From IMG/VR virus record IMGVR_UViG_3300031823_000003, positions 1-64,000 of that record: 64,000 nt of DNA; one strand, 5' to 3'. Below, piece by piece: positions 39,201-48,088 of this stretch (position 1 is its first letter; every line of letters begins with the position of its first letter). The notes under the pieces are model-generated. The model did no database searches, was not told the origin of the DNA, and saw only the letters and a program-made list of their open reading frames with translations. The position numbers and the translations under genes were made by a program. This DNA is from a virus.

Positions 39201-41950
39201 GCATTGAGTTGCCGCGTCCAGTTGGTGCCGTTCGGAATCGCGTTGAGATAGTCGCTGATCGAGGTGGCGGCGCGAGTATAGTAACCGCCTGCGGCATCTG
39301 CACCGATCGCCGTATCACTTGCATCTCCTGACGCAACTGCCGCCGTAGCCGCTGACTTCGCGGGGTTGGAATCCACCAGCGTAATAATGTCGTTCGGCGG
39401 TGAGGCAAAGGGGCCAAAGTTAATATCACCCTTGGAGTTTAGTGTTTTCCCGGCAGGCTGAAACAGATCAGTCCACTGATTGGCATTGGTTTTACCGAGA
39501 CATGTCATTCTTGCGGGAGAGCGAAAAGGCGCAGTTCCGCCTTGGCTGCAAGTCGGAGCCACGAAAGATATACCCGTAGGCCCCAGCGTAGAAACTGTGC
39601 CTAGGGCAGTTGATCCGAAATCCGCCTGGATCGGAGTGTTTGCGTCGTTAACCAGATTAGCTGGCCAGAACCAAAAAGCGGTCTGAAAGGTAGTCGTGGA
39701 TGGCACCGTATAAGAACTGGCGGAAGCCTGCGTATCGGTAAAACTGCAAATCCCCGCCGTATTACATGACCCGCTGATGCCGGTAGCGATGGCAAAGTTT
39801 CCCGTTCCAAACGGCGGCACAGCAGACGACCCGACTGTCACTAACACATCCCAGGTCAATGTTCCGATGGAGGTATGGGCCAACCCTTCTTGTAGATCAA
39901 TCGAAGGCCACTGGAGAGGAATACTCACAGCGCCACTGGTAGGCTGTGCAAAGCCAATGAACAGCGGTGGATTAGCGCCGTATACCGAACCATGCGGTAC
40001 CACAAAATAATTGCGTTGGGTTGTGGGACTACCGCCACTCGCAAATGTTGGAACCGCGCCGGCAATGGGGAACGTTCCTACTATCTTGGAGCCGAACTGA
40101 CCACCAGCTAGCAGCATACCCATCTGCGCGTTGGTGATGCCATACAGAGGGTTCGTTATACCGCCCTGAGCCTCATAGATATTGCTCATCGTGCCCGATA
40201 CGAACGAGCCGAAATAGCGGATCCCGAATACCGGGTTAGCCTGGCAAACTGTGTTATCGATTGATACACCGTTACCGGCATTGCCGGAGTCATAGCAGTT
40301 GATATTGGTCAACTCGGTGTTGTGAATGTACATGATCCCGGCGTTTCCGGAATCGGTCCGGGAATAAAAGAAAGCTCCTATAGGCCAGTTCGCTGTGGTT
40401 TTAATGACCGCTGTAGAGCGGTTAGTAGCTCCTGTAATCTGAAGCTGCTGATCGTTGTCGTCCACAACGCCATAGCTGAATGCGCCTGTCGCTGCCGAGG
40501 GAAACAACTGGATCAAGTGGAGATTGTCGATGATGACGTGGTCGGAAGCGTCTTCGATCGCGGCGTTTTCTATCCCGGTGAAGCCGAATGTGGTATCGCC
40601 CGCTGAGAATGTACTGCTGCCCAGCGAAACTGTATAACTGGTCGAGCTCGGCGTGGTGAGCACCGTGGCAATGAATTTAGAATCTGTCGTCTGGGAGTGG
40701 ACTTCCACCGCAGCCTGATCGCCGACTACAAAGGGGTGAGTGGTTGCCGTAGTGATTGTGATTGTGCCGCTGCTTGCCGATGCACTGGAAATCTGAGCGC
40801 CGTCTATGTTCAGTGTCGATCCCATCGAGAGATTAAAGAGCTTGTGGTAGCCGATCCCAGTAGGAGGGCTGCCGACGTAGATGCACCGGTCACGGGTGGA
40901 GCAGGCAATGAATGCGCCTGCGCCGTCCAGCACGCCGCCGCGTCCACGCATGTATACAGTGGCATACACGCTGTAGGTTGTGCTGCTCATTAATTTGACG
41001 TAAGGCGAGGCTGAATTGCTGGCATCGTGCGGAGTGTCCGAGGTCCATGCGTCGTTCCACGCTTCCTGGATACCGGAAGATGCGGAGCCGACCGTGTACC
41101 CGGCAGAGTGCGCGTTGACAGTGACGCCTGTGATGGTTCCGCTGCCTACCCCAGCGGTACAAGTGCCGCCTGTGACTACAATCTGTTCCGGGGTGCCGGT
41201 GCCCGCGATCCGCACCGGGTAGACGTAGTTATTGGCGGCGGAATTGGTATCGATGCCAAGCGGACAGGGGGCTAAATGGATCGTAACCGCTCCCGGAACA
41301 GTGAGATTGTCCGAAGGCGATTGCGACCAGTTCCATGACGGCGTGACGTTACGGACGAAATTCTGGTTGTTCATGGTGAACGGGGTGCTCTGACAGGGCG
41401 ACCCCGAACAGGGCTGTATGATGTTTTGCGCGGCAACGGGGATTTTATTGACATCGCCGGTGCCGGCGGTCGCGCACACCCATGCGGAGCCATTCCATTG
41501 AAGGACTTGGGAGGCAGAGCAGGTGGTAATGAGACTGATGGGGACCGTGCCGCTGGTTCCGCCGCCAGTCAGACCTGTGCCGGCGGTGACGCCTGTGATA
41601 GTGCCGCCGCCGCTGGACCCGCCGCCTGTATTGCACACCCATGCGCCGTTGAGATATACGGCGATGACTTGAGAGGAGCCGACGGTGCAGGGATTGGAAC
41701 TAAGAGAGCAATTGGAGCACAGGACGGTGGTGCCGGGCTGGGGAAATGGAGTGGAAGTGATCTGGTCGAAGGTGAGCGGTCCGGTGTAAAGGCCGAGGGT
41801 GAAATCGTTGGGAGCGGTCCACACATTGGGCAGGTCTGTTGCACCGTAAGAATGCTGAACCTGAGTTTGCGCCGCAATCCCGATGAATAAAAATATTGTT
41901 GCCAGCCCCAAACGGACGAACCTGCCCATGCCCGTACTCATGCGTTTCAC
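36233..41950 (-). CDS. Giant (1905 aa) fibre/adhesin-like protein with signal peptide and beta-helix regions
   Basis: MGRFVRLGLATIFLFIGIAAQ; VTAGTGLTGGGTSG and QVLQWNGSAW fibre motifs; Cys pairs. Confidence 0.75.
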   Translation of the reverse strand: MKRMSTGMGRFVRLGLATIFLFIGIAAQTQVQHSYGATDLPNVWTAPNDFTLGLYTGPLTFDQITSTPFPQPGTTVLCSNCSLSSNPCTVGSSQVIAVYLNGAWVCNTGGGSSGGGTITGVTAGTGLTGGGTSGTVPISLITTCSASQVLQWNGSAWVCATAGTGDVNKIPVAAQNIIQPCSGSPCQSTPFTMNNQNFVRNVTPSWNWSQSPSDNLTVPGAVTIHLAPCPLGIDTNSAANNYVYPVRIAGTGTPEQIVVTGGTCTAGVGSGTITGVTVNAHSAGYTVGSASSGIQEAWNDAWTSDTPHDASNSASPYVKLMSSTTYSVYATVYMRGRGGVLDGAGAFIACSTRDRCIYVGSPPTGIGYHKLFNLSMGSTLNIDGAQISSASASSGTITITTATTHPFVVGDQAAVEVHSQTTDSKFIATVLTTPSSTSYTVSLGSSTFSAGDTTFGFTGIENAAIEDASDHVIIDNLHLIQLFPSAATGAFSYGVVDDNDQQLQITGATNRSTAVIKTTANWPIGAFFYSRTDSGNAGIMYIHNTELTNINCYDSGNAGNGVSIDNTVCQANPVFGIRYFGSFVSGTMSNIYEAQGGITNPLYGITNAQMGMLLAGGQFGSKIVGTFPIAGAVPTFASGGSPTTQRNYFVVPHGSVYGANPPLFIGFAQPTSGAVSIPLQWPSIDLQEGLAHTSIGTLTWDVLVTVGSSAVPPFGTGNFAIATGISGSCNTAGICSFTDTQASASSYTVPSTTTFQTAFWFWPANLVNDANTPIQADFGSTALGTVSTLGPTGISFVAPTCSQGGTAPFRSPARMTCLGKTNANQWTDLFQPAGKTLNSKGDINFGPFASPPNDIITLVDSNPAKSAATAAVASGDASDTAIGADAAGGYYTRAATSISDYLNAIPNGTNWTRQLNASGETLTVPETNTTLTQGKPIGGGVGGLKTQIPEFHSVLFPGFTVDSMQALCNITPTLPCNVHIDAPLSSTPVTATNVVIGSTTQSVTMYLHGANIQCNTTAGACFSIGQNGNLVGYSPGNLSSGTLITTTIGFTGTAVITNSVTTGLQTSFNMSGLQIAPTNTSVITCGIVCINAVEGNTDIRNVNIQGIANTINWTFEDATSGSVADNNNVRLDNSKSYSGGKVNSIDYAVFGGAGGSGDGYVFTNLNGGDGCMGVFDGVTMCGVTMTEKVTTVNCGTNCNQVTLNGGSTFNFNTAHTGELFWVNGVAATICGPSYLGCSSLAVDPTSTVLYVTTVAGWPITTTGSAHWGCVGGNGCFIDLNGAAGRGSTLNNIHIDNSYIEGNAAQQPGSEYMAVQNVRNLEAPNLAWNVGPAVADCIGLYHTVANNQGRMHVAGRINGGHHCTEVFNNNITGNIYFLDSASQWDFDVTYAGDQSGPGTVFDSNITTSGVLGWTNGSGVNDVGISRESAGTLDIGNGAQGNTSGNVKMGALTVTSCSGCAIIGIGSSAFNVTIATTNTGTTATSMLGGAQTIPAGNLVATSPLNIDIGGIYTLPASYTGTVTIAAFVDGAQIATTGAFSVPSTAVTNGSWSVQCQLTTYTAGVSGTYAFGCPVQLLPTNTTTITLNGGSLAVSGTTAINTTIAHTFDLKWTWSTATGAPSVTGQWGTALVGGSGVNTFTDTLTNSPLNALPAASVAGNSVEATVSNNRVISQNGTLNGMYYMPGSQALRYHRWTTYAGGAATSSVLLNNDALAITCSTSSAIVPTSTASQMLACLTTVTNGNVSNVNGSAVYIPGAVNIWFNAYAAVGTLATTRWWLGFTNTTTANIGGTDTCSTFHCAAFTYSSTSAVSSTDFLCTTNAGGTGTQTQVDSGVAVVAGTPHVFDIREDTANSKWYFYIDGVSKCSSPITTTLPTATLRAGEFITNNGSASVAAQADFGWIETWTDH

Positions 41951-42011
41951 CTCGAACGGTGTCTATTACGAAATTGTACCCGACGAGTCCAGAACTATCA
42001 GTGCCGGGAGT

Positions 42012-44819
42012 TCAGTGCTGTGTCTGTGTGGTTTGCAGGAACGCGGCGTTCAGTGTGGACAGATTGACGCCATAGTCGGTGCCATCGGACGCCGAGTTGT
42101 GATAGACACTGGTGGGAACCAGACCATAATTACCGATGCTGGCGTCATTTGGGTCAAATGCCGCGCCGTTCATCATCCCTATCATGCCGATACACGCTGA
42201 GGTTGCGGTCGATCCGGGGCATACCGTGGCAGCGGGAAATGTCAGGGTGCACGTTGCGGAGCCGCAATTGTTCCCGGCGTTGACGCCGCCGACCTCCATA
42301 TATTTTGCCGAACATCGACCGGGAAACGGGTTGTAGGTCACAGTCGAGTTCGTGGTATCGACTTCATTTTCTGAACATCCTATTGCTGATGCTCCGGATG
42401 CACAGCCCTCGACGTTGCCATCGCCTTGTGCAACCCAGCCAGTCCAGCCTGTGCCGGGAGTAGCTGGGCACGACGGCGCGGAACTGAGGTCGAACGCAAA
42501 TAGGTTGTTCTGCCAAGTTGCGTTTTGCAGGAATTGATTCGCCGGACATGTGCCCATCTGCTCGACAGTGCCGAATCCGGATGCAGACTCGGTTGCACCA
42601 GTTTGCAGCCAAGTGATGTTGCCGCCGGATTGACCCGCGTAATAGAACGTCCCGTTGAGATCAGATGGCGTCATGCCACTGACTTCGACAATGATCTCGG
42701 TAGTGCCAGCGGCGACAGGCCACCCGGTAAGACTGGGAATAGTTGCGGTGACGATGCCACCAGAGCGCGATAATACTGTCGGTGTTTGAGCGTGCGTCGG
42801 GCCGGGGCAGTTAGTACCCGTGTCGCTCCAGATCGTGGTCGCGGTGCCAAAGAACATGCGGCCATTATTCTTGGCTGCGTCCGTAGTCTGCATGACGAGT
42901 GTATTGTGGGTGAATTGTAGGTAAGCGGGGACGCCTTCCATATTTTGCACAACGCAGCCTGTCGCACTGGATGAGCTGGCGGACGGTTGAGAATAGACGA
43001 CGGTCAGTCCATACGGGTTAGTGCCGGAGAGAGCGATAGCGCCACGGGACGTAGAGAGAGTGAAATTGTTACCTGTTCCTGTTGGCGAATTCCAAGTTGA
43101 GTCCGAGCATCCGGTCACGAGCACCGGATCACCGGGGAATATCTGGGTTTCTTGTAGACCCGCACCGCCGTTACCGCATACAAGTGAGACTGTCCCACTG
43201 GTCTGTGTACCGTTGCAAATGAATGCCTGCCCGAACCCAGTGACCTGCATCCCGGACGGAAATGCCACTATGCCGGATGCGTCGTACACGCTGGAGTTGC
43301 CGAGATCGTAAAGGAGATTGTTCGTGATATTGATGCGGCGTGATGCCCCGGCAGTGCCGCCGCCGTTGCCGATGGTGTAGTTGGAGCGGCCAATCATGGA
43401 TAGTCCCGTGAGCGCGTGGCGGCAGAGATTGTTGCGGTAGGTAATGTCGGTGATGGTGGCGGTGTAGTTATCGCATGGACTGGTGTTCGAGCAATTCCGG
43501 GGATTGGCGGTAAAGCACTGCCCTTGCTGCGCGCCGGAAGTGTCCGAGTATTCGACGATATTAGTGTCGTACAGCACACGCTGTGCGGTCTTGAGTTCAG
43601 TGCGGTTCTTGAGATCGAGAGAGGTAGCGCCTGTGTATGCCGTGCCGACCCATGACGGAGGCTGCGTGAAGCGATTGTGCCAGAGATCGAGATCGTAAGC
43701 GTAATAGTTGGAGTCCTGGCTGGATACGCCGCCGACAAAGAACCCGCTGGATGCCCCGGAGATCCATGAATTACCAAGGAAAAATGGTCCGGGAGTCTCG
43801 GCGATGGCGACGGCATGGCCTTCGTTGGCCGCGCGAATGTCGTAGTCGATATAGGTGTCGGTGATCCCGCAGCGGCGGCAGTTGGCCATATGCATGAAGG
43901 TTGAGATTTGGTTAGTGCCGGGGCCGCCACTGTTCGATGAGGTGACGCATGAGCCTGTGCCTGTAGCTGTGGTACACCAGTCCTTGGCATCGCCGTGGCC
44001 GTAGATGCCGACGAACCAGATGTCCGAGGCGGTCTGGGATACGAGAGTGTGCGGCGTGCCGTAGGCGTCTACATCGGTGTTGATGACATTGCCCGCGAGG
44101 GTGACGGTGGTCTTGGGCCGGAACTCAAAGTACATAAAGGCGTAATGTGACGGTCCGATATTGGTGGTTGCGTCCCATGTGCCGGATTGGATCAGTAGTC
44201 CCTGATTACCGGGAGTCCAGTTGCCCTCGAATGTAGGCATGGAGCCAATGTCGTTGGAGCAGCCATTATTACCGGATGACCACCATGTAGAGATGTCGCC
44301 TGATGGCGGCTGACGAGTGGCAGTGGCGTCGGTGATCCCGTGCGAGCAGACGGTCTGGCCGAGAGTGAGCGGAGTGTCGGACTCGAATACGATAAATTTA
44401 GCGGGGGCTGATCCACTGACTATCTTAGTTACCAGTGTCAGATTGACAAACGGTCCTTCTCCCTGAGAGCACGTGTATCCCGGCGTCTGCATGGAGATTA
44501 GCGTTCCGTGCGTCACTTGGATCAGCCACCACTGGTCGGCGGCGGCCACCCAGTCACAGATATCTTGTTGCAGGTTGGCAAATGTTGTGGCCGTGCGCGT
44601 GACATCGAATACGCCGCCGGGAGGAAATATTTCGGCAGGTTCGCCGAGCGATGTGAGCGGGATGAATTGTGGGAGGGCGGCAGTGGTCAAGTTGGCATTG
44701 CTGAGCCGGATGTTATTGCTGATCCGGGTGCCGGGAGTAACGCGCTCTTGAGCGCTCAGCGATACGTGCAGCAAGACGACAACCAGAGCCATCGCTACCG
44801 ACTTGGCCACCATCTTCAT
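42012..44819 (-). CDS. Secreted beta-helix protein (935 aa)
   Basis: Signal peptide ...VSLSAQ; KNRTELK.AQRVL...NI.E, DITYRNN, RRINITNNL; C-terminal ASDGTDYG. Confidence 0.75.
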   Translation of the reverse strand: MKMVAKSVAMALVVVLLHVSLSAQERVTPGTRISNNIRLSNANLTTAALPQFIPLTSLGEPAEIFPPGGVFDVTRTATTFANLQQDICDWVAAADQWWLIQVTHGTLISMQTPGYTCSQGEGPFVNLTLVTKIVSGSAPAKFIVFESDTPLTLGQTVCSHGITDATATRQPPSGDISTWWSSGNNGCSNDIGSMPTFEGNWTPGNQGLLIQSGTWDATTNIGPSHYAFMYFEFRPKTTVTLAGNVINTDVDAYGTPHTLVSQTASDIWFVGIYGHGDAKDWCTTATGTGSCVTSSNSGGPGTNQISTFMHMANCRRCGITDTYIDYDIRAANEGHAVAIAETPGPFFLGNSWISGASSGFFVGGVSSQDSNYYAYDLDLWHNRFTQPPSWVGTAYTGATSLDLKNRTELKTAQRVLYDTNIVEYSDTSGAQQGQCFTANPRNCSNTSPCDNYTATITDITYRNNLCRHALTGLSMIGRSNYTIGNGGGTAGASRRINITNNLLYDLGNSSVYDASGIVAFPSGMQVTGFGQAFICNGTQTSGTVSLVCGNGGAGLQETQIFPGDPVLVTGCSDSTWNSPTGTGNNFTLSTSRGAIALSGTNPYGLTVVYSQPSASSSSATGCVVQNMEGVPAYLQFTHNTLVMQTTDAAKNNGRMFFGTATTIWSDTGTNCPGPTHAQTPTVLSRSGGIVTATIPSLTGWPVAAGTTEIIVEVSGMTPSDLNGTFYYAGQSGGNITWLQTGATESASGFGTVEQMGTCPANQFLQNATWQNNLFAFDLSSAPSCPATPGTGWTGWVAQGDGNVEGCASGASAIGCSENEVDTTNSTVTYNPFPGRCSAKYMEVGGVNAGNNCGSATCTLTFPAATVCPGSTATSACIGMIGMMNGAAFDPNDASIGNYGLVPTSVYHNSASDGTDYGVNLSTLNAAFLQTTQTQH

Positions 44820-46723
44820 CGCATACTCGTTCCCGGCGTGACCCGTGTCCCCGGTGTAAATCTAGTTGCCCCGACTACCGTTCCCGGCGGTGGAATCGGA
44901 GCCTGACTCGTATTCAGCATCCCGTCTGTGTTTGACGCCAGCGTTCCTGTACCCGCGCATAAATCCGAGGCGTTCAGGTCACGGTTGTTGAGACGGCCCA
45001 GATTGAATACCTTCTCAATGCACTTCATGATTGAAGTGAATTCGTAGGGATTGCCGGATGTGGGACCGTGAACGACAGTGTTCTTGGCGAACGGGCCGAT
45101 CGAGAGGATCGGGGAACGCATGCCAAGACTGAGTGCATCCTGAGAGACAGGTGCAACGTGATCCGGCTGCCCGCCGAAATCGTCCCATACGATGAATATT
45201 TGGCTGTGGTAATAGAGATATTTGTTGGCGAACACTGCGGCGAGCTTGGACTGCACCCACCCCTGTCCCGCTTGTAGATCGGCGAGCGGAGTAGCAAATC
45301 CGGTGCTCGCGTGCTCCGTGTTAGCTTCGACATTCGCGGTCAGGAATGCAATCTGTGGGAATGTGCTGCTGGCAGTGTTATCGACACATTGATTGCCTTG
45401 GCTCAGAGTGACACAATCCGAATCCAGACTACATGCCGCATGCGGAGTGTTTACACATTGCCCCGTGAGCGCGGCGGCATCGGTATTGAACACAGCGTCG
45501 GAAACGTTATAGACAGTCGAATAATTGGACCGGAAGAATAATTGTGGCACAAACGTGGACGCCGCGAGCGAGGCATAGTTGCCGTACCATTTCCACGGAT
45601 GCGGTAGTCCGGCGGTCTCGGCGAGTTCCGCGATGGTGGTCACGTTAGGACACGCTGCGCCGGGAGTGTTGCCGATAGAGGCTGAAAGTTTACATGTGCC
45701 CGAACTGCATGCGGTTGCTGAGATACCGTCATTCGTGCATGACCCGCTGACTACCGTGCTTCCGTCGGTGTAGGACGTGCAATTCGCTGATCCCGCACCG
45801 TTGATGTATTTACCAGATTGGCAGAAACATTTGCAGGCGGTTGTGGCACTGGCTGAACATGATCCCGCTGAGTACCCGGTGCCCGCCGCGAGGCCGTCTC
45901 CGGATGGGCCGCAATTTGGGTCGCCGGACGCGCACACGTTATAGAACTTTGTGCCGTTGTAGATTTCGCCTGGCCCTGTGTATGGAGAACTGGGAGGGGT
46001 GCCGGTGCCGCCATTGCCGCATCCCCATCCGATACTGGGATTGTCGCTGGCCTCGTTGCTGGTCGCGGCGATAATCATCAGGTGATTCGGGTAGGTTGGT
46101 CCGGTGAGAGACGAGAAAAACTGATCGTTGATACCGTAAGTATTGGCCAGTGACCAGTAGTAGTTGAGGGCGCTGGAGTCGGCGTAATAGTACGAACTGC
46201 TGAGACAAGGACCATTCGCGCCCGAGCTACAATTTGTACCGCCACTTTGAGTGCAGGCTGCGCCGCCAACTGCACAGGTGCCGCCGGCGTTCCAGCCGTT
46301 CATCGCCCCGGCGTGGATTGCAGTCAGAGAGTTAGCGCGGGAGTGGAGCCATGCCGAGTCCGGGAGATTGCCCTGCTGTCCTTGAGGGTTGGTGACAGTC
46401 ACGAGTTGCTTGTCAATATAGTTCGTGGTGGACTGAACGCCGATCGTGACATTGCTGCATGTGCCGCCGCCTGTGCATGGAGTGTTGTTGCCGACCGTGC
46501 ACGAGATTCCTTGCAGAGCATGGTTGAGGACGCACTGACCGCTGACTCCGGGGAAGGAGCCGAAGTAGTTATCGAAGGTGCGGTTCTCTTGGATGATATA
46601 CACTACATGATTGACGCAGGGAGGGCTGAGAGAGGCATTGTAAGGACAGGACTGCCCAGCGCATACTTCTGCTGAAATCATCAATATAGGAATCAGGGAG
46701 CGCCAAACAGTCCCGCATCTCAT
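44816..46723 (-). CDS. Secreted phosphoesterase (phospholipase C/AcpA family) with Cys-rich insertions
   Basis: HVVYIIQENRTFDNYFG; DQFFSS..GPTYPNHL; EH; WDDFGG.PDHV.P; G.R.P. Confidence 0.88.
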   Translation of the reverse strand: MRCGTVWRSLIPILMISAEVCAGQSCPYNASLSPPCVNHVVYIIQENRTFDNYFGSFPGVSGQCVLNHALQGISCTVGNNTPCTGGGTCSNVTIGVQSTTNYIDKQLVTVTNPQGQQGNLPDSAWLHSRANSLTAIHAGAMNGWNAGGTCAVGGAACTQSGGTNCSSGANGPCLSSSYYYADSSALNYYWSLANTYGINDQFFSSLTGPTYPNHLMIIAATSNEASDNPSIGWGCGNGGTGTPPSSPYTGPGEIYNGTKFYNVCASGDPNCGPSGDGLAAGTGYSAGSCSASATTACKCFCQSGKYINGAGSANCTSYTDGSTVVSGSCTNDGISATACSSGTCKLSASIGNTPGAACPNVTTIAELAETAGLPHPWKWYGNYASLAASTFVPQLFFRSNYSTVYNVSDAVFNTDAAALTGQCVNTPHAACSLDSDCVTLSQGNQCVDNTASSTFPQIAFLTANVEANTEHASTGFATPLADLQAGQGWVQSKLAAVFANKYLYYHSQIFIVWDDFGGQPDHVAPVSQDALSLGMRSPILSIGPFAKNTVVHGPTSGNPYEFTSIMKCIEKVFNLGRLNNRDLNASDLCAGTGTLASNTDGMLNTSQAPIPPPGTVVGATRFTPGTRVTPGTSMR

Positions 46724-46726
46724 TTG

Positions 46727-46993
46727 CTAGATACTGTCCTTGTCACACGGGATTAGATCGACATATACGAACTCCCCCGGTTTCAGCTTATTAAATGCGG
46801 CTGGATTACTAACCGTCATCGTCAAGCTGGCAGATGGCGTCCATTTGGACCATTGTGCGTTGGCCGAACCCTCTTTGTTGCTGTAAACGGCGCTCAACGC
46901 AAGCTCCTGCTGATATGGCTCTCCTTCGTTGCCGTGAACGGTATTGACACTGTTGACCAAGCACTTCAACCGGAGCACAGCTCCCTCACTCAT
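46727..46993 (-). CDS. Hypothetical protein
   Basis: L.AVY....SAN..WSKWTPS..L.M.V.NP.A...LKPG...YVD pattern, common in phages. Confidence 0.7.
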   Translation of the reverse strand: MSEGAVLRLKCLVNSVNTVHGNEGEPYQQELALSAVYSNKEGSANAQWSKWTPSASLTMTVSNPAAFNKLKPGEFVYVDLIPCDKDSI

Positions 46994-47369
46994 CTACTTT
47001 CTCCTTTCGTACACTCTTCCAAAATTTCCACCACGGACGCCTCTGCACCCTGCTATCATCGCCCGCTTCTTTGTCCGAATCCGGGTAATCATACGTATTC
47101 GGCTGCCCCACGAAGAACACATCCAATATTCGCCCTGTCTGCTCATCTAATCGAGCACATGCCTCAATCGGATCGCACTGCATCTTGCCCGGAATGACTT
47201 TGCCATCTGTATCATGGATCGCGTGACAGAAATTCGCTCGTCCCGGCACGGTTCCGGTAGCACAGTGACGCGCCGCGAGCACAGGCCGATGCGGGCGCAC
47301 ACATCCGCCGGATGTGAGCACGATCGCCATCAACGGGAACAGTAATTTTACTAGTCTCACCGATTTCAT
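46986..47369 (-). CDS. Putative lipoprotein
   Basis: MKSVRLVKLLFPLMAIVLTSGGC lipobox-like; ATG overlaps the upstream stop. Confidence 0.55.
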   Translation of the reverse strand: MKSVRLVKLLFPLMAIVLTSGGCVRPHRPVLAARHCATGTVPGRANFCHAIHDTDGKVIPGKMQCDPIEACARLDEQTGRILDVFFVGQPNTYDYPDSDKEAGDDSRVQRRPWWKFWKSVRKEKVDE

Positions 47370-48085
47370 TGCACCGTAGGTATCGCCGTGCCTGCCGTTG
47401 CCGCAGAGGTCTCTTTGATCGCAATCGCACCCAGTGCAGCATGCCCCGAACTGGCCATCGTCCACGTAGGAGCCGTTCCCGATGTGGTATTCAGGCTCCA
47501 CGCAAAACACATACGGTTCGCACCGCAGGTCTCGATAGTATATGGAGCATTGATCGAGATACTGGTCTGCCCGGTGCTGGACTGGGCGGTCTGAAGGATT
47601 ACGTCGTTTGATCCGGACAGGGTTAATGTCACCCCGGCAGGAGTAGTTGTGTTCGTGGACTGATCGCGGTTGCCGACTACATCCAATACAAACGGCGTGG
47701 CAGTGGATGATAGTTCCAGTACTTCGCAGCGCCATGTGCCTGTCGTAGTGGATGTACGAGTCACCGTGATTGTAGTAACGCCGGAAGTGGAACTGAGATT
47801 GTACGCGCAGCTTGTACTGGACGTAGTACTGTCTGCACCTTCGCAGCCTCCCGGGACCGTGTATGTTCCAGCGCCAGACACGCTGGTGATAAAGTCCGCG
47901 TTGCTGATCGACATGCCGATCAGGATCAGGTGCCCGGTTCCGGTCGAGGCGACTGTGACGTTACAGGTAGCGGACGATACATTGCAGGCGCTGGAGAACA
48001 CGTGCTGCACGAGGGTGAATGTCGCCCATGCAGGAGATGACAATGACAGCAGAATGGAAGCGATTCCGGGTAATAGGCGTTTCAT
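47366..48085 (-). CDS. Secreted beta-sandwich protein
   Basis: MKRLLPGIASILLSLSSPAWA signal; Thr/Ser-rich. Confidence 0.75.
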   Translation of the reverse strand: MKRLLPGIASILLSLSSPAWATFTLVQHVFSSACNVSSATCNVTVASTGTGHLILIGMSISNADFITSVSGAGTYTVPGGCEGADSTTSSTSCAYNLSSTSGVTTITVTRTSTTTGTWRCEVLELSSTATPFVLDVVGNRDQSTNTTTPAGVTLTLSGSNDVILQTAQSSTGQTSISINAPYTIETCGANRMCFAWSLNTTSGTAPTWTMASSGHAALGAIAIKETSAATAGTAIPTVQ

Positions 48086-48088
48086 CGG

